A program made the translations under genes and the position numbers. This document shows positions 1 through 12,480 of a DNA stretch of 60,000 bases, piece after piece. The stretch's first letter is position 1, and every line of letters begins with the position of its first letter. The notes beneath the pieces are model-generated. The model saw only the letters and a list, made by a program, of their open reading frames with translations. It made no database searches and was not told the origin of the DNA. Origin of the DNA: Mobula hypostoma (Eukaryota); the NCBI RefSeq assembly GCF_963921235.1, contig NC_086108.1, positions 50,160,001-50,220,000 of the forward strand, written 5' to 3'.

Positions 1-497
1 GATGAAGATTGGATCACATTTTATGAGTAATTAATGCAGAAAACCAGGTAATTGCAAAGGGTTTACAAACAACTTCTTGCAGCTGCATAAGGACAAATGC
101 AAAAGGCAGTGTGGATGTAAGGAAGTTTGTGTGGTCATTAAGCAGTGAGCAGTAATTTTATTTTTATCATATGGATTTGACAAACAATTTGATATGATGT
201 AATTCCCCACTGATATTCATTCATCATAGCACCAGGCAGGAAATCATGCTACAACTTTCTTTTGGATGTCCGCAGACTGTGAAATTGTTACACTTTCAAG
301 CCCTTAAGTGTTTCCTTTTCATAAAAGTAATTGGCAAGAATTCTAAATTGTGTCTATAACTATAATAACTAACATTAATTTTATTTTTTATCTGAAGTCC
401 TACAGTAAATCATAAATTTTAGAGGAAGTGGTCAGAAATATGACTTGATATTTTAATTTTAGTTTGCCGTCTTGCAAACTAATAGCTAACAATCTAT

Positions 498-641
498 GCA
501 ACACACATCAAAATTGCTGGTGAACGCAGCAGGCCAGGCAGCATCTCTAGGAAGAGGTACAGTTGACGCCTGTTGCGTTCACCAGCAACATTGATGTATG
601 TTGCTTGAATTTCCAGCATCTGCAGAATTCCTGTTGTTTGC
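498..641 (+). mobile_element. Micro Penelope-like insertion with inverted 5' segment
   Basis: 13-bp TSD gctaacaatctat (485-497, 642-654); inverted repeat 498-533 vs 569-604; same 3' terminus as the PLE at 44172-46484. Confidence 0.8.
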
Positions 642-1100
642 GCTAACAATCTATTATTTAATTGTACTGTATATGCACAATTAAGAACATTCCTCTACAC
701 AATGGTTATTTTGGAGCAAATTTTATCATTTAAAAGTGCGAAACCATTCTTTGAATGCTTTCAGACGTGTGTTTCCATTCAATCCTTTACTCATTCTGAA
801 TGTTAAAAGCATGTTTCTTGTTTTGCCATTAATTTTAAGTAACAGTCAGTACTATTGCAGAAATTCATTATGATGCTGCCTTGATGAATCGTACTTGACC
901 CTCTACCTTTTCAACTTTGAGCTATAACGTTAGTAGAAAAGCATAGACATAGCTGAGTGTTGTCTTGAAGGATAATTGCTGTTTCAGGGGTAGGATTTAG
1001 CTAGAAGTGTCCATGTGTACACTATTTATTCGTTGAAGACTGTTGAATTACCATAACATGGGGATTTTTTTTTTGTTTCTTTCCTTCCCCCACTCTTCAG

Positions 1101-1214
1101 TCAATCTGGTCTAGTTCAATGATGCATCCTGGACCTTCTGCACTGGAGCAGTTGCTAATGCAGCAGAAACAGAAGCAACAGCGAGGACTCGGCACACTGA
1201 ACCCACCACACTGA
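1101..1214 (+). CDS. SMG7: SMG7 (nonsense-mediated decay factor), last coding exon
   Basis: Polypyrimidine tract and CAG acceptor at 1098-1100. Reads SIWSSSMMHPGPSALEQLLMQQKQKQQRGLGTLNPPH* (TGA 1212-1214), nearly identical to the vertebrate SMG7 C-terminus. Convergent with NCF2 as in human. Not in the ORF track (short, no own start). Confidence 0.96.
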   Translation, partial: SIWSSSMMHPGPSALEQLLMQQKQKQQRGLGTLNPPH

Positions 1215-3270
1215 GAGGCACAATGGCATGACCGGTGAATCCAGGTTACACAACTCAAGGCATGTTGGGTTTGCATTACAACCCACGGTCCCCTGCAGGT
1301 GGCAGCCCTCTCTTCTCTGTGTTTTCTTGCTGTAGAGAGGGCGTAAGCACTCCACCAGTGCTGCGTGTGCACAAAGCTGCTACTGAGGAAAAAACAAAAA
1401 AAAGAACATTACATGCTTCCGGTCACTTCCAGAGGAAGATCCATCAGCCACCTCACTCAGTTATCTCCTAACCACTTGATCCTACTGAACGATGTCCTAT
1501 GTTCTTCTCTATTTTATACATCTCTAATATGGTTGGGCAATGGAAGGAGATGAAATGGGAAGTAAATCCCAAGTGGGCTGAGGTAGTGTTAAATAAAAGG
1601 AGAATCAGCTAGTGAGGATGTGGTTAAGTTTTGTAAATCCTCTATCATCTTGGTTTTTGAGAGTGATCATTTTCTGCTCTGTTAAGGAACAGGTGTTCTT
1701 GTAATCTCTAAATGTAGTGACACTGGCCCATTTGTCAGCTTTCCTCAAACCTATTACATAAGGATGTGGAGGCATTCTGTTAGTAAATTTATATGAAGGC
1801 AACTTTTCAGACAGGCAAGGGTTTTGTGTGTTTGAAAGCAGCTTCACATCTCTGCACCTTTAGCTAATAGATTTTTTAAAAAGGAAAAACTAGTTGTTAA
1901 TGTCAATAGCTGCAGTAGTAATTACAATATTAAATACTTGTGATACTGTTCTGTAGCAATCCTAGCTAAAATGTTGATAAGACGTGCAGCAGAGAGCTCT
2001 GCTTAAAAGAAGAAAAAAGCAGTAATTGCTAAGGATTTTAAATTAGTGGTTTTTGATCATAACAGTAGCTATAAATTTTACTATAGCATACCAACCTTGA
2101 AAGGGGTTAATTTATCTATTTAGTTCTAGTTCAGGCTTCTTTTAATTATTAGATAAAAACAGCTTTTGTCAGCTTCTGTCTGATGGTAATTTTTATTCCT
2201 GATTTGGCAGTGTCTTTCAAAGTGGAAAAAGGGTCCAGCAATGCTGCTGGTTCAGCAAAACGGGGCACAAAGCAGGTATGTGAGTGAGTAAGTGGGCCAC
2301 TTGTACTTGTGGGTGTCTGTTGCTGCATGTGGCCACCTGCTACTCCAATTTAAAAGAAAAAAAAATATATGAAAAGCATGGGTCATACACTGTGGTCATC
2401 TTATCAGTAAGCTTCAGGCTCTTGAATGTAACAAACATATGTCCTTTATGAGCTTTGTGGAAAGATCTGAATGTACTATTTGCAGACTCACATGAAACTG
2501 TCTGTTAAATCATTCTTCAGTAATGAAAAAGTACTTACAGAAAAAACTATTTCAGTTGAACTTCTGATGGCAAAAGCTGATGTAATTACAGGAAATCAAT
2601 GTTTTCTGTTCTTATTTTGCAGTTGAAGAGTTACATCGTCTGAGTTACTGAGAATTGTTCAAAATCAAAAATCTCATGCTTGTGGGGGAGAAGTACAGAG
2701 CTCAGGTGGGGGTATGACTGTTCCGGTCAGCTTGTTAAGAAGTGCAACACTAGAAAGGAGAGGTGTTGAAAAAGTCTTGTGTTTTTTTAGAAATGATATT
2801 TAATGACTTCACAGTATGAAGACTTAAAAGCAACTAAGACAACCTCCACTCCCTATTTTTCTTTAAAAAAAAATCTGGCAGCCAGTTAGAGGTATAGCTC
2901 CACGGTCAACCCACTGAAACATTCCACCTTTCTGCTCTGGTCACATAAATCAAACCAATTCTGCTATTGAATCACCTCGCTCTCAGGTGTACTCACTGAG
3001 CTGACAAATCCCAGAAGGTTAGCAGAGGTACCAGGGCATGAATTCACAACCTGCATGCATGTACGTATGCTGTTCAGAATAATTAAATTTCTGGGGAACA
3101 GGAGCACTGCAAGAAAGGTTATAGGGCCCTTGGGGACAAAAACATTTCTGTTCTGAGCTTTTGTGTTCATGTCTTTTTTGTGTAAGAACTTGTGCAGCAA
3201 TTGCTGGAATCAGCTTTGCCTTCAATAAATGAAACCATGTTCTGAATAAAAGTTTATGTTTAATCACTTG
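1215..3270 (+). other. SMG7: Probable SMG7 3' UTR (~2 kb, free of recognisable TEs)
   Basis: Unique AT-rich sequence after the stop, ending in two AATAAA (3224-3229, 3245-3250) followed by a T/GT-rich tract. Another AATAAA at 1592-1597. The 3' end is inferred. Confidence 0.55.
3224..3250 (+). terminator. Tandem polyadenylation signals (AATAAA x2), likely SMG7
   Basis: AATAAA at 3224 and 3245, followed by T-rich sequence; TE-derived sequence starts at 3450. Confidence 0.5.
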
Positions 3271-3449
3271 TTCTTCACACAATGTTTTCCTTTTAAGGGT
3301 GATCCTTGAAGGAAAAACCTACAAACATGGGTGTGGTGCTAAACTTACATTAAACATTGTTAAAGATGCAAGATAAATCGTGTTGTGTGCTGTTTAACTT
3401 TTCATAAATTCTGACTTTTAAATTTTTTAAGTCATGCTGGTTGGAAATA

Positions 3450-4227
3450 CAGTAGTTCCGGTTAATTGGGACACAGTACATGTTGAGCCAATTAAGCGGC
3501 TGCCCCATTGCCCAAAGTTTAATGTAAATAGTTAAAAAGATTTTAAAAAAAGGGCAAGCTGCCATTTAACTGTAAAAACAGAACAAATTAGAACACCATC
3601 AACATTATAAAACTATTATTTCCTAATTGTAATTGATGGAGGAATTAATCCATTGTACACTACTGTGTTCTTTTGATTGACTGTAAATGAAAAAATCAGC
3701 ACAGACACCTAGTGTAGATAATGGACTACCTTCATACAATCTTTTTGACAGTTACATGCACCAAATCTTCATTTTCACTTTAACATTCAAAATGATTGCC
3801 AATACCTTCAAATTCTTCCATATTTCCTAACTTGTTGAAGTAGTGAAATGGTTTCATTTTCACTCCTGCATATTCCTGGCATCTCCAAGTCTCAAAGAAT
3901 CAGTGAGGAAAACAGTTCCAAATTGTCTTACTGCTCGTTTCTTGACAGCTATTGGTGACAAAAATCACTGCTTCTTGAACACAAACACATGCAACTGATG
4001 CTATTAAAAAACTGTTTGCTCTAAGGTATAGTGTCTAACGGGCACACGAGTACACACAACTGACGCTGGTTAGAATCTGTTTGGCAACAGTCCCCAATTA
4101 AGCAGCTTAAAATCCCAAATAAGTGAAGGAAATATGAGCTGTTAGTTGATTGGTTAATTGGGCCATAGGTTAATCAGAATAGCCACTTATTTGGGACAAC
4201 ACAAAGAACAAAAACCAGAGTCCACTG
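3450..4227. mobile_element. Non-autonomous Tigger/pogo-like DNA transposon
   Basis: TA-flanked CAGT...ACTG termini with ttaattggg subterminal motifs; internal sequence shared with 48358-50004. Confidence 0.7.
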
Positions 4228-4774
4228 TATCTGTAAAAATTCCTGCCCATTATGCAGTGATCTCTGCTCCAAATGAAAATGTAGGATTGAGCTTGGTTTA
4301 AATGCCCTATTATCAAATAAAATGATGCAATGTCTTGTGTTTGAATATAGAAAAGAACCAGCTGGTTGAAATAATATAGCTTCCCATGGAATTGTATTTA
4401 AGAATGTTGTGTAGACATCCCTGGAGTGGCAGGCTGAGTATTCCAAATTCCCTTCCAGAGATGAGTACCAGAAACTGAAAATGCACTCCTTTGTAGTGCT
4501 GTTCAAAATACCATGTTTTTGGGGGGTGTTTTTCAGAGGAAGTTTTGTTTTATCTGCCCTTTCAGGTGATCTCGAAAGAACTTGTTGCACTGGACTGATG
4601 AATGGCAGGAAAATTTTCCCTGATGTCTGACCAATATTGTTCCTTGATAAATATGAGTAAAAGTAAATAGTTCTTATTATAATCATATTACTATTCATGG
4701 AGCTTTTGTGCACAGCTTTCATACACTGTACAAGACTGGCAGATGTTGCGGTTAGGAAAGATGCTATATTACTG

Positions 4775-4855
4775 CTGTCTGGCCTGCTGCGTTCACCAGC
4801 AACTTTGATGTGTGTTGCTTGAATTTCCAGCATCTGCAGAATTCCTGTTGTCTGC
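4775..4855 (+). mobile_element. Micro Penelope-like 3' terminal fragment
   Basis: 9-bp TSD atattactg (4766-4774, 4856-4864); same terminal sequence as the 498 and 30989 copies. Confidence 0.75.
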
Positions 4856-5009
4856 ATATTACTGTAAGCTTCTCTTTTATTTTAATGGGGAAAATGTCAT
4901 GAGGTTGCAGTCTTTGAATAAGTATGTTTAAAACTTGGACTGCAGTTGTTAAAATTATACTTCTGGTGGTTATTGCTTTGTTTAGCCAGACTTGAGAATG
5001 CAGTTATGA

Positions 5010-8000
5010 TATGGAAAGCTGTATGCAAAATGTTAAGTGCAGGGAACTGGAGCTGCAACTGGATGAGCTTTGGCTCGTGTGAGAATGAGGAGGTGATAGG
5101 AACTACAGGGGGGTAGTCACTCCTAAGTTGCAGAAGGTAGGTAACTGGGTGACTGTCAGGAGAGGGAAAGTGAATAGGCAGTCAGTGCAGAATGCTGCTG
5201 TGGTCATTCCCCTCAATGATAAGTATACCACTTTTGATACCGGGGGGGTGGGGGAGTGGGGGGATGGTGAGTGACTTACTGGGGCACTGGAACTGAATTT
5301 GCCTCTGTGGCTCAGAAGGGAAAGAGAGAGAAGAGGAAGGCAGTAGTGATAGGGGATTCCATAGTTAGAGAAGTAGACAGCAGAGCTTGTGGACATGAAA
5401 GAGACATGTTGTCTCTCAGGTGCTGGGGTCAGAGTGGTTGAGACCCCCAGGGAAAAGGCAATTCTGGATTGGGTGTTGTGTAATGAACCAGATTTGACTA
5501 GGGAGCTTAAGGTAAAGGAACCCTTAAGAGACAGTGATCATAGTTTGATAGAATTCACTCTGCAGTTTGAGAGGGAGAAGGTAAAGTGAGATGTATCAGT
5601 ATTACAATGGAGTAAATGGAATTACATAGGCAAGAGAGAGGAGCTGGCGAGGTTGATTGGAATGGGACCCTAGCAGAAATGACAGCAGAACATCATTGGC
5701 TGGAGTTGCTGGGTCAATTCAGAAGGTGCAGGGAAGATGCATCCCAGAGAAGCAGGGAGGATGAGGCAACCGTGGCTGACAAGGGAGTCAAAGACAGCAT
5801 AAAGCAAAATAGAGGGCATATAACAAAAATCAGTGGAAAGGTGGAGAACTGGGAAGCTTTCAAAAACCAACTGAAGGCAACTAAAAATGCTATAAAGAGA
5901 GAAAAGATGGAATATGAAGATAAGCTAGCCAACAATATAAAAGAGGATATAAAATGTTATTTCAGATATATAAAGAATAAAAGTTGAGAGTGGATATTGG
6001 GCTGCTGGGAAATGATGCTGGAGAGGTAGTAACTGCGGACAAAGAATTGGCTAATAAACTTAATAAGAACTTTGTTTCAGTCTTCACTGTAGAAGACACT
6101 AGCAGAATGCCAGGAATGCAAGAGTGTCAGAGGGCGGAAGTGAGTGTCCTTATTACTAAGGAGAAGGTGCTTCGGAAGCTGAAAATTTTGAAGGACTGCA
6201 CTTCAGGGTTCTGTAAGAGATAGCTGAAGAGGTTGTGAAGTCATTAGTAATGATCTTCCAAGAATCATTAGATTCTGGAATGGTTCTGGAGGACCGGAAA
6301 ATTGCAAATGTCACTCTATTCTTTCGGAAGGGAAGGGGAGCAGAAGAAAGGAAATTATAGGCCAGTTAGCCTGATTTCAGTGATTGGAAAGATGTTGGAG
6401 TCATTATTAGGGATGAGGTTGGAGGCACATGACAAAATAGGCCAAATTCATCATGGTTTCCTTAAGGGGAAATTTTGCCTGACAAATCTGTTGAAATTTT
6501 TTGAGGAAGTAACAGGCTTGTCAGAGTCGAGGAGGGTCAGTGGATAATGTTTATTTGGATTTTTAGAAGGCCTTTGACAAGGAGGTAAAATGAGCCCATG
6601 GTATTACTGGAAAAATACTAGCATGGATTGAAGATTTGCTGACTGGCAGGAGACAAGAGGGGCCTTTATCTGGTTGGCTGCTGGTAACTAGTGATGTTCT
6701 GCAGGGGTTGATTTTGGGATCACTTCTTTTCATGTTGTATGTCAATCATTTGGATGAAGGAACTGCTGGCTTTGTGGCCAAGTTTGCGGACAATATAAAG
6801 ATAGGTGGAGGGGCAGAAGGATTTGGACAGACCACTATCTAACAGGAAGACCACAATCTGTGGATTGGTGATAACATATCTGCCTCGCTGATGATCAACA
6901 CTGGCGCACCTTGGGTGTGTGCTTAGCCCCTGCTCTACTCTCTGTATACACATGACTGTGTAGCTAGGCATAGCACAAATACCATCCATAGATTTGCTGA
7001 TGATATAACCATTGTTGGTAGAATCTCAGGTGGTGACGAGAGGACGTACAGGAGTGAGATATGCCAACTAGTGGAGTGGTACCACAGCAACAACTTGGCA
7101 CTCACTGTCAGTAAGACGAAAGAGCTGATTGTGGACTTCAGGAAGGGTAAGACGAAGGAACACGTACCAATCCTCAGAGAGGGATCAGAAGTGGAGAGAG
7201 TGAGCAGGTTCAAGTTCCTGCACAGGACCGAAAGAAGCTGCAGAGGGTTGTAAATCTAGTCAGTTCCATCTTGGGTACTAGCCTACAAAGAACCCGGGAC
7301 GTATTCAGGGAGCGGTGTCTCAGAAAGGCAGCATCCATTATTAAGAATCTCCAGCACCCAGGGCATGCGCTTTCCTCACTGTTAGCTTCAGGTAGGAGGT
7401 ACAGAAACCTGAAGGCACACACTCAGCGATTCAGGAACAGCTTCTTCCCTCCTGCCATCCGATTCCTAAATGGACATTGAATCCATAGACACTACCTCAC
7501 TTTTTTAATATACAGTATTCCTGTTTTTTGCATGTTTTTAATCTATTCAATGTACATATACTGTAATTGATTTACTCTTTTTTATTAATTTTTTTCTCTT
7601 CTAAATTATGTATTGCATTGAACTGCTGCTGCTAAGTTAACAAATTTCACGTCGCATGCCGGTAATAATAAACCTGATTCTGAGATTGGGAGAATGGGCA
7701 AAGTTGCAGATGGAATATAGTGTAAGGAAGTGCATAGTCACGCACTTTGGTAGAAATAATAAAGATGTGGGCTATTTTCTAAATGGGGAGAATGTTCAAA
7801 ACTCAGAGGTGCAAAGGGAATGGGAGTCCTTGTGCAGGATTCCTAAAGGTCAACTTGCAGATTGAGTCAGTGATAAGGTAAATGCAATTTTAGCATCCAT
7901 TTTGAGAGGACTGGAATATAAAAGCAAGGATATCATGCTGAGGCTTTATAAGGATGTCAGACTGCACTTGTGTATTGTGAGCGGATTTGGAACAGAGATG

Positions 8001-8219
8001 AGGAATTTCTTTAGCTGGAGGGTAGTGAATCTGTGGAAATCATTGCCACACATGGCATGGAGGCAGTCATTGAGTATAATTAAATAGGTTCTTGATTAAT
8101 TAGGGTATCAAAGATTACTGGGAGAATGGGGTTGAGAGGGGTAAGTCAGCTATAATGTATTGGAGTAAACTCAATGGGCCCAATGGCCTAATTCTGCTCC
8201 TATGTTTTATTGTCTTATG
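5010..8219 (+). mobile_element. Degenerate CR1 LINE (ORF1 esterase remnant plus ORF2 fragments), interrupted by a Rex element
   Basis: AVVIGDSIVR ORF1 motif near 5340; TPREKAILDWVL, GNYRPVSL and KFADN ORF2 motifs with frameshifts; CR1-type 3' tail. Confidence 0.88.
6832..7683 (+). mobile_element. Rex1/Babar-type LINE 3' fragment nested in CR1
   Basis: FADDITIVG and LTVSKTKELIVDFRK motifs; aataaacctgattctga tail; CR1 resumes immediately after. Confidence 0.78.
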
Positions 8220-9559
8220 CTTTTATGGAGGCCATTCCAGTCTACTCTGACTACTTGCAGAGCAGTCCCATTCCCCCACCCCAACGTCCATTTCTGTAGC
8301 CTTGCAACTTATTATGTCGTGCACACCCATGAACACCCTTTTTTTGCCCTCTGGTTATACTAAGAGGAAAACTTGCAGCAGCCAGTTAACTTACCAGAGT
8401 AACTTCAGGATTTGGGAGGAAACTGGAGCACTCAGCGGAGAAGCTCATGGCCAGCCCTCAGGTCAGAACCAATCCCAAGTCCCTGGGTCAGATGCAACAC
8501 TGAGCATGAGAACAATCTAAGTCAAATGGATGGCAATAGGATTTCTTCCTGAGGAGTCAGGTTTTTGGACTTTGTTGGTAATGTGGAGTCTGCTGGTATG
8601 AACTCTATGGGATAGAGTAGGCAGGAGGACAGGATGTGGCTCTGTATTATTGGGTAGATGGGAAGGAAAGAGCAGAGATACAGCAAAGTCTGGCTGACTC
8701 CTATGGTACCTGATGCTGTTAGATCACTATTATTAGATCAGGGCAGCACACCCACTCCCTGTTTTCTCCTATTTTGCCAACATGTTCCTTCCTCTAAAAC
8801 AAAATGGTTTCCTTTAGAGGCAAGTGTCATCACCTTTCATCCAGATGTCTGACAGAACCAAAGTGTTTACCATAGTTGTGGCTTTAGTCAAGGGCCAGAA
8901 GGCCAGATGAAGTTGAGAACTAAATTGAGAAGGTCTAATGGAGGGGAAGTCACATTTGAAGAAATGGCACTGCCTGTATCAAACAAATTGAATTTTATAA
9001 ATCCCATTACACATCTGAAACTTGTTGAGTTGTCACTTCTAAATTTCATAATGTTGTTTTGCTCATCTAGATGGTTGTTGACATGGGCTTGCTAAATTCC
9101 TTTCCAATAGAGTACCCCGGTGTTCTTAATCAACAGAGGAAAAAAAATCTCAAGTACTGTATTATATCTCACCTGTGATTGGAGGACTTATAATAATGTG
9201 TTACACACCTGCTACCTAAAACAAGAGTAGGTAGAATTGTAATGAAAAGTAACTCATCTGCCATTCCAGGTAGATAAAGTGGACAGTACCATCCAAGTCG
9301 TCCCTAAGACCCAAGTATGTGATTCTGTAGTTGTCAGCTTAGTATGAAAAAATACTTTAATAAGACAAGCAATTGAAGTCTTGTTAAGGAGAGCAAAGGC
9401 AATTAATTCACTGAGTTTATTAAGTTTATCATTCTTAAGATACATTTGAATTAGAAGCAGGTGTAGGCCCTGAAACTTGCTTTATGATTTCTGGCTCTGA
9501 CAGGTTTTTGGGTTGAAGGATGAGCTGCTTCCACTCCAGTCAGAGAATATAAGGTGGCT

Positions 9560-10235
9560 CAGGGGAGAACTCTAATTTCTTGTCTTTTTAAACATTTTTT
9601 ACAATCATAAGGCAATGCAGGACATTAAGAACTTCAAGTATTGCAGGTCTACCCCATCAGCGAGTTACTTGTTGGCGGAGGAGCTGAACTCAGTGCAAAC
9701 CCTGTGGCTGCCTGCTACAGAAAGGTGTCTGAGTCAATGCACGAAGACGGTGTGCAGACTAACTGAGAGTGATTGTCTTGGGCATTTTTCCTGCAATTGT
9801 AAGACACTTGTACACTGCTAATGTAAAACACTGCAAGTCCAGTTCACTGGTTTATTGGTGAGACCGACGGTGGGGGAGTTGCATGGACTCATTTATAGCA
9901 AGGACTGGCCCTCCTGGCAGTGCTGCCTTCCAGTGTTCACTCAGAAGACAAGCTGGATTGCGTGCATGTGTGCGTCCGTCTGCCGACTACTGAGAACTGC
10001 TTGTTCTTACCAACAACACCCATGCATCATCAATTTACAGGCCATTTCGCTTAGGAAATTGGGCTTTTTTTGTGTGACTGTTCACTTACTACCTTATATG
10101 TGCTGTATGTACCTTATTCGGTGTATGATTGTTGGTATTGTGTTTTGCACCTTGGTCCCGGAGGAACACAGTTTCATTTGGCTGAATTCATGAGTATTTA
10201 TGTATGGTTGAATGATAATTAATTGCATTTGAACT
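9560..10235 (+). repeat. Non-coding interspersed repeat (SINE/LINE-tail-like)
   Basis: Homologous in reverse orientation to 19725-19859 plus 24193-24585. Confidence 0.55.
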
Positions 10236-12379
10236 CGATACTCCCACAGATGGAGTAGGAGGTGCCTGAGGAGACTGGTGAAATCATTTGTTTGTGAAAT
10301 GGTGTGCTACTTCTACTATTCTAAGCAATGCTTTGTGTTCCTCATATTTGGACTTAGTTCCTAATACCATCCCAATTGCTCTTCTCCCACTTTAAACAGT
10401 CATGGACCAGGTTTTCCAGGAGTCATTGGTGATATTCCATTATTACAGAGGTAGCTTTGAGGATATATTTTCCTCTGTCTGCCTTGTAATTTCTTCCCAT
10501 GAATAGAGCTCTGAGTAACAGGCTGTTTTTGGGGGTCTAGTATTAAGTGGTGCAAATGCCATGCCATAATGGGGTTGGATAACCTAATTTTAAGTATTCA
10601 AGCTACAGATTATATATTCAATTTTACCACTGTGCTTGGGGGTATTGCCCTGGGAAACGTGAAAAATGTTGATCACTTACTCTTCCAAGGAAGTGGAGGA
10701 TTTTACAGAGATGACAGTTGGTGTACATATCTGAAGCCTGGTGTAGGCCATTTAATAAGGACACTGTGGGGTGTTTGTACAATAAGTTGTACATTCCTGC
10801 CTATTTATAGTATCCTATCACCTCGTTTACATATCCTCAGCTTACAACCCTTGGAGTAAACATCATCTGTTGAAATAATTGCTGCTCTATTTTCAGATTC
10901 TCCCCAAGAAGGAAAGCATTCTTTCCATACACACTATCAAACCGCCTCAGGATATTGTTTTAAATTCTCTCACTTTTCTCAACAAATATAAATCTGCAAC
11001 TTTACTGCATAATATAACCTGCCCTTTTTGGATACTGGTTCCTAACTGAAATTCTAAACATTTTGTGGGGGAAATGAGCATTTAACTATCTGGCAAAATT
11101 TTCAATGTAGCTGTATGAAGGAGGTTTAGCCCCCTTTCCCTTCCCCCTTTTTTTATTCTGCCATATTCCCCTTCCTTCTCAGTGCTGAAGAAGCACCTCA
11201 GCCTGAAATGTTGACTGTTTATTCATGTCCATAGATACTGCCTGACTTGCTGAGTTCCTCCAGCATTTTGTGTGTGTTACAAGGACATTGGCTGGCATGG
11301 AGTTTTATCAGATTTGAAATGAGATTGGGTTTGTTTTTTTCCAAGCAGATGAAGGGGTACAAAATTATGAAGGCCACAGATGGGGTAAACAGTATGAAAT
11401 TTATTTCAGTAGGATCTCAAATGAGGCTTTATTGTAAGGGGTAGAATACTGAATGTGGGACAGTACAGCACAGTAAAAGGCCCTTTGGCACACAACGCCT
11501 GTGCTGAAAATGAAGCCAAATTGAACCAAATTGTCACTTCCTTACTATACCATATATTGCTTTTACCACCATACTTAATTGCACAGGCACTTTAAGGGAG
11601 AAGAGCCAAAACAAATCCAAATAACTTTTTCACCAAAAGATCATTGGAATCTAGAACACATTGGCTATGTTGGTCACGGTGGCGAGTACTGATACATTTT
11701 AGTTGTACTCAGATGAATTCTTGAATTACCAAGGTGTAGAGGCTATGGATCAAATGTTGATAAATAGGAGTAGATGGGTATTGTGAGTAAAGAGTCTATG
11801 TCTGTGATGATTCTGATAATATCAATGTCGAGACAATCCGCAACAGGGCCCTAAAAGGACTTGAGAGGTACTGTTGCAAAATTGTCCATATTTACTGGAG
11901 TGCAAGTGAACTAAAATTGAAGTCTTTTTCCATCAGCACTGAGGCTCTAATTACACTCAGCCATCTCCAAATGTTGGGCCGCCTCATTCACATGCGCAAA
12001 ACAAGAAATGGCTGAAAAATGAAGGGGTTTGGGTTAACGCTGACAAGTTGTGTGTTCAGAAGCATGTAAAAGGCCAATGAAAATGGCAGAGTGCAACACA
12101 TCCTTTGTACCTGACAATCCTAAATAGCTCCAATAATCTCACCTATGGCAGGGTCTGTGGTTCAGATCAAGCACTTTGTTGCCTCCAGAACTGGAGGAAA
12201 AGTATATCATTCTCAATCCTGAGGGACTGCTAAAAGATCAGTATAATTTAGAGAAACTACTAATACTAAGTAGCCCTTTCTTGAGCTTAGCACTCACAAA
12301 AGGAGGAAACTTATTTCCAATTTCCTGAGCAAGGAAGTGCAAATTCAAGGGCTTAAAATCAATTGCTTGCATGCTAGAT

Positions 12380-12480
12380 TCATGGATTAGCAAGTTTAGC
12401 CACGTTCAATTCTTTGATGAAGGTTACTGGGAAAATTCCGGTGTTTCCTTTACATTGCCCTTCCAGCCAGTTGTTGTTTA
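12380..12480 (-). CDS. NCF2: NCF2 last coding exon (VNNNWLEGQCKGNTGIFPVTFIKELNVAKLANP*)
   Basis: Strong acceptor tttgtcttcacag; WLEG...GIFP SH3 motif; TGA at 12382-12380. Confidence 0.94.

Noticed and set aside
4174..4857. 227-aa minus-strand ORF
   Set aside because: Starts in a Penelope terminal fragment and ends in a Tigger-like MITE; no protein-like signature.
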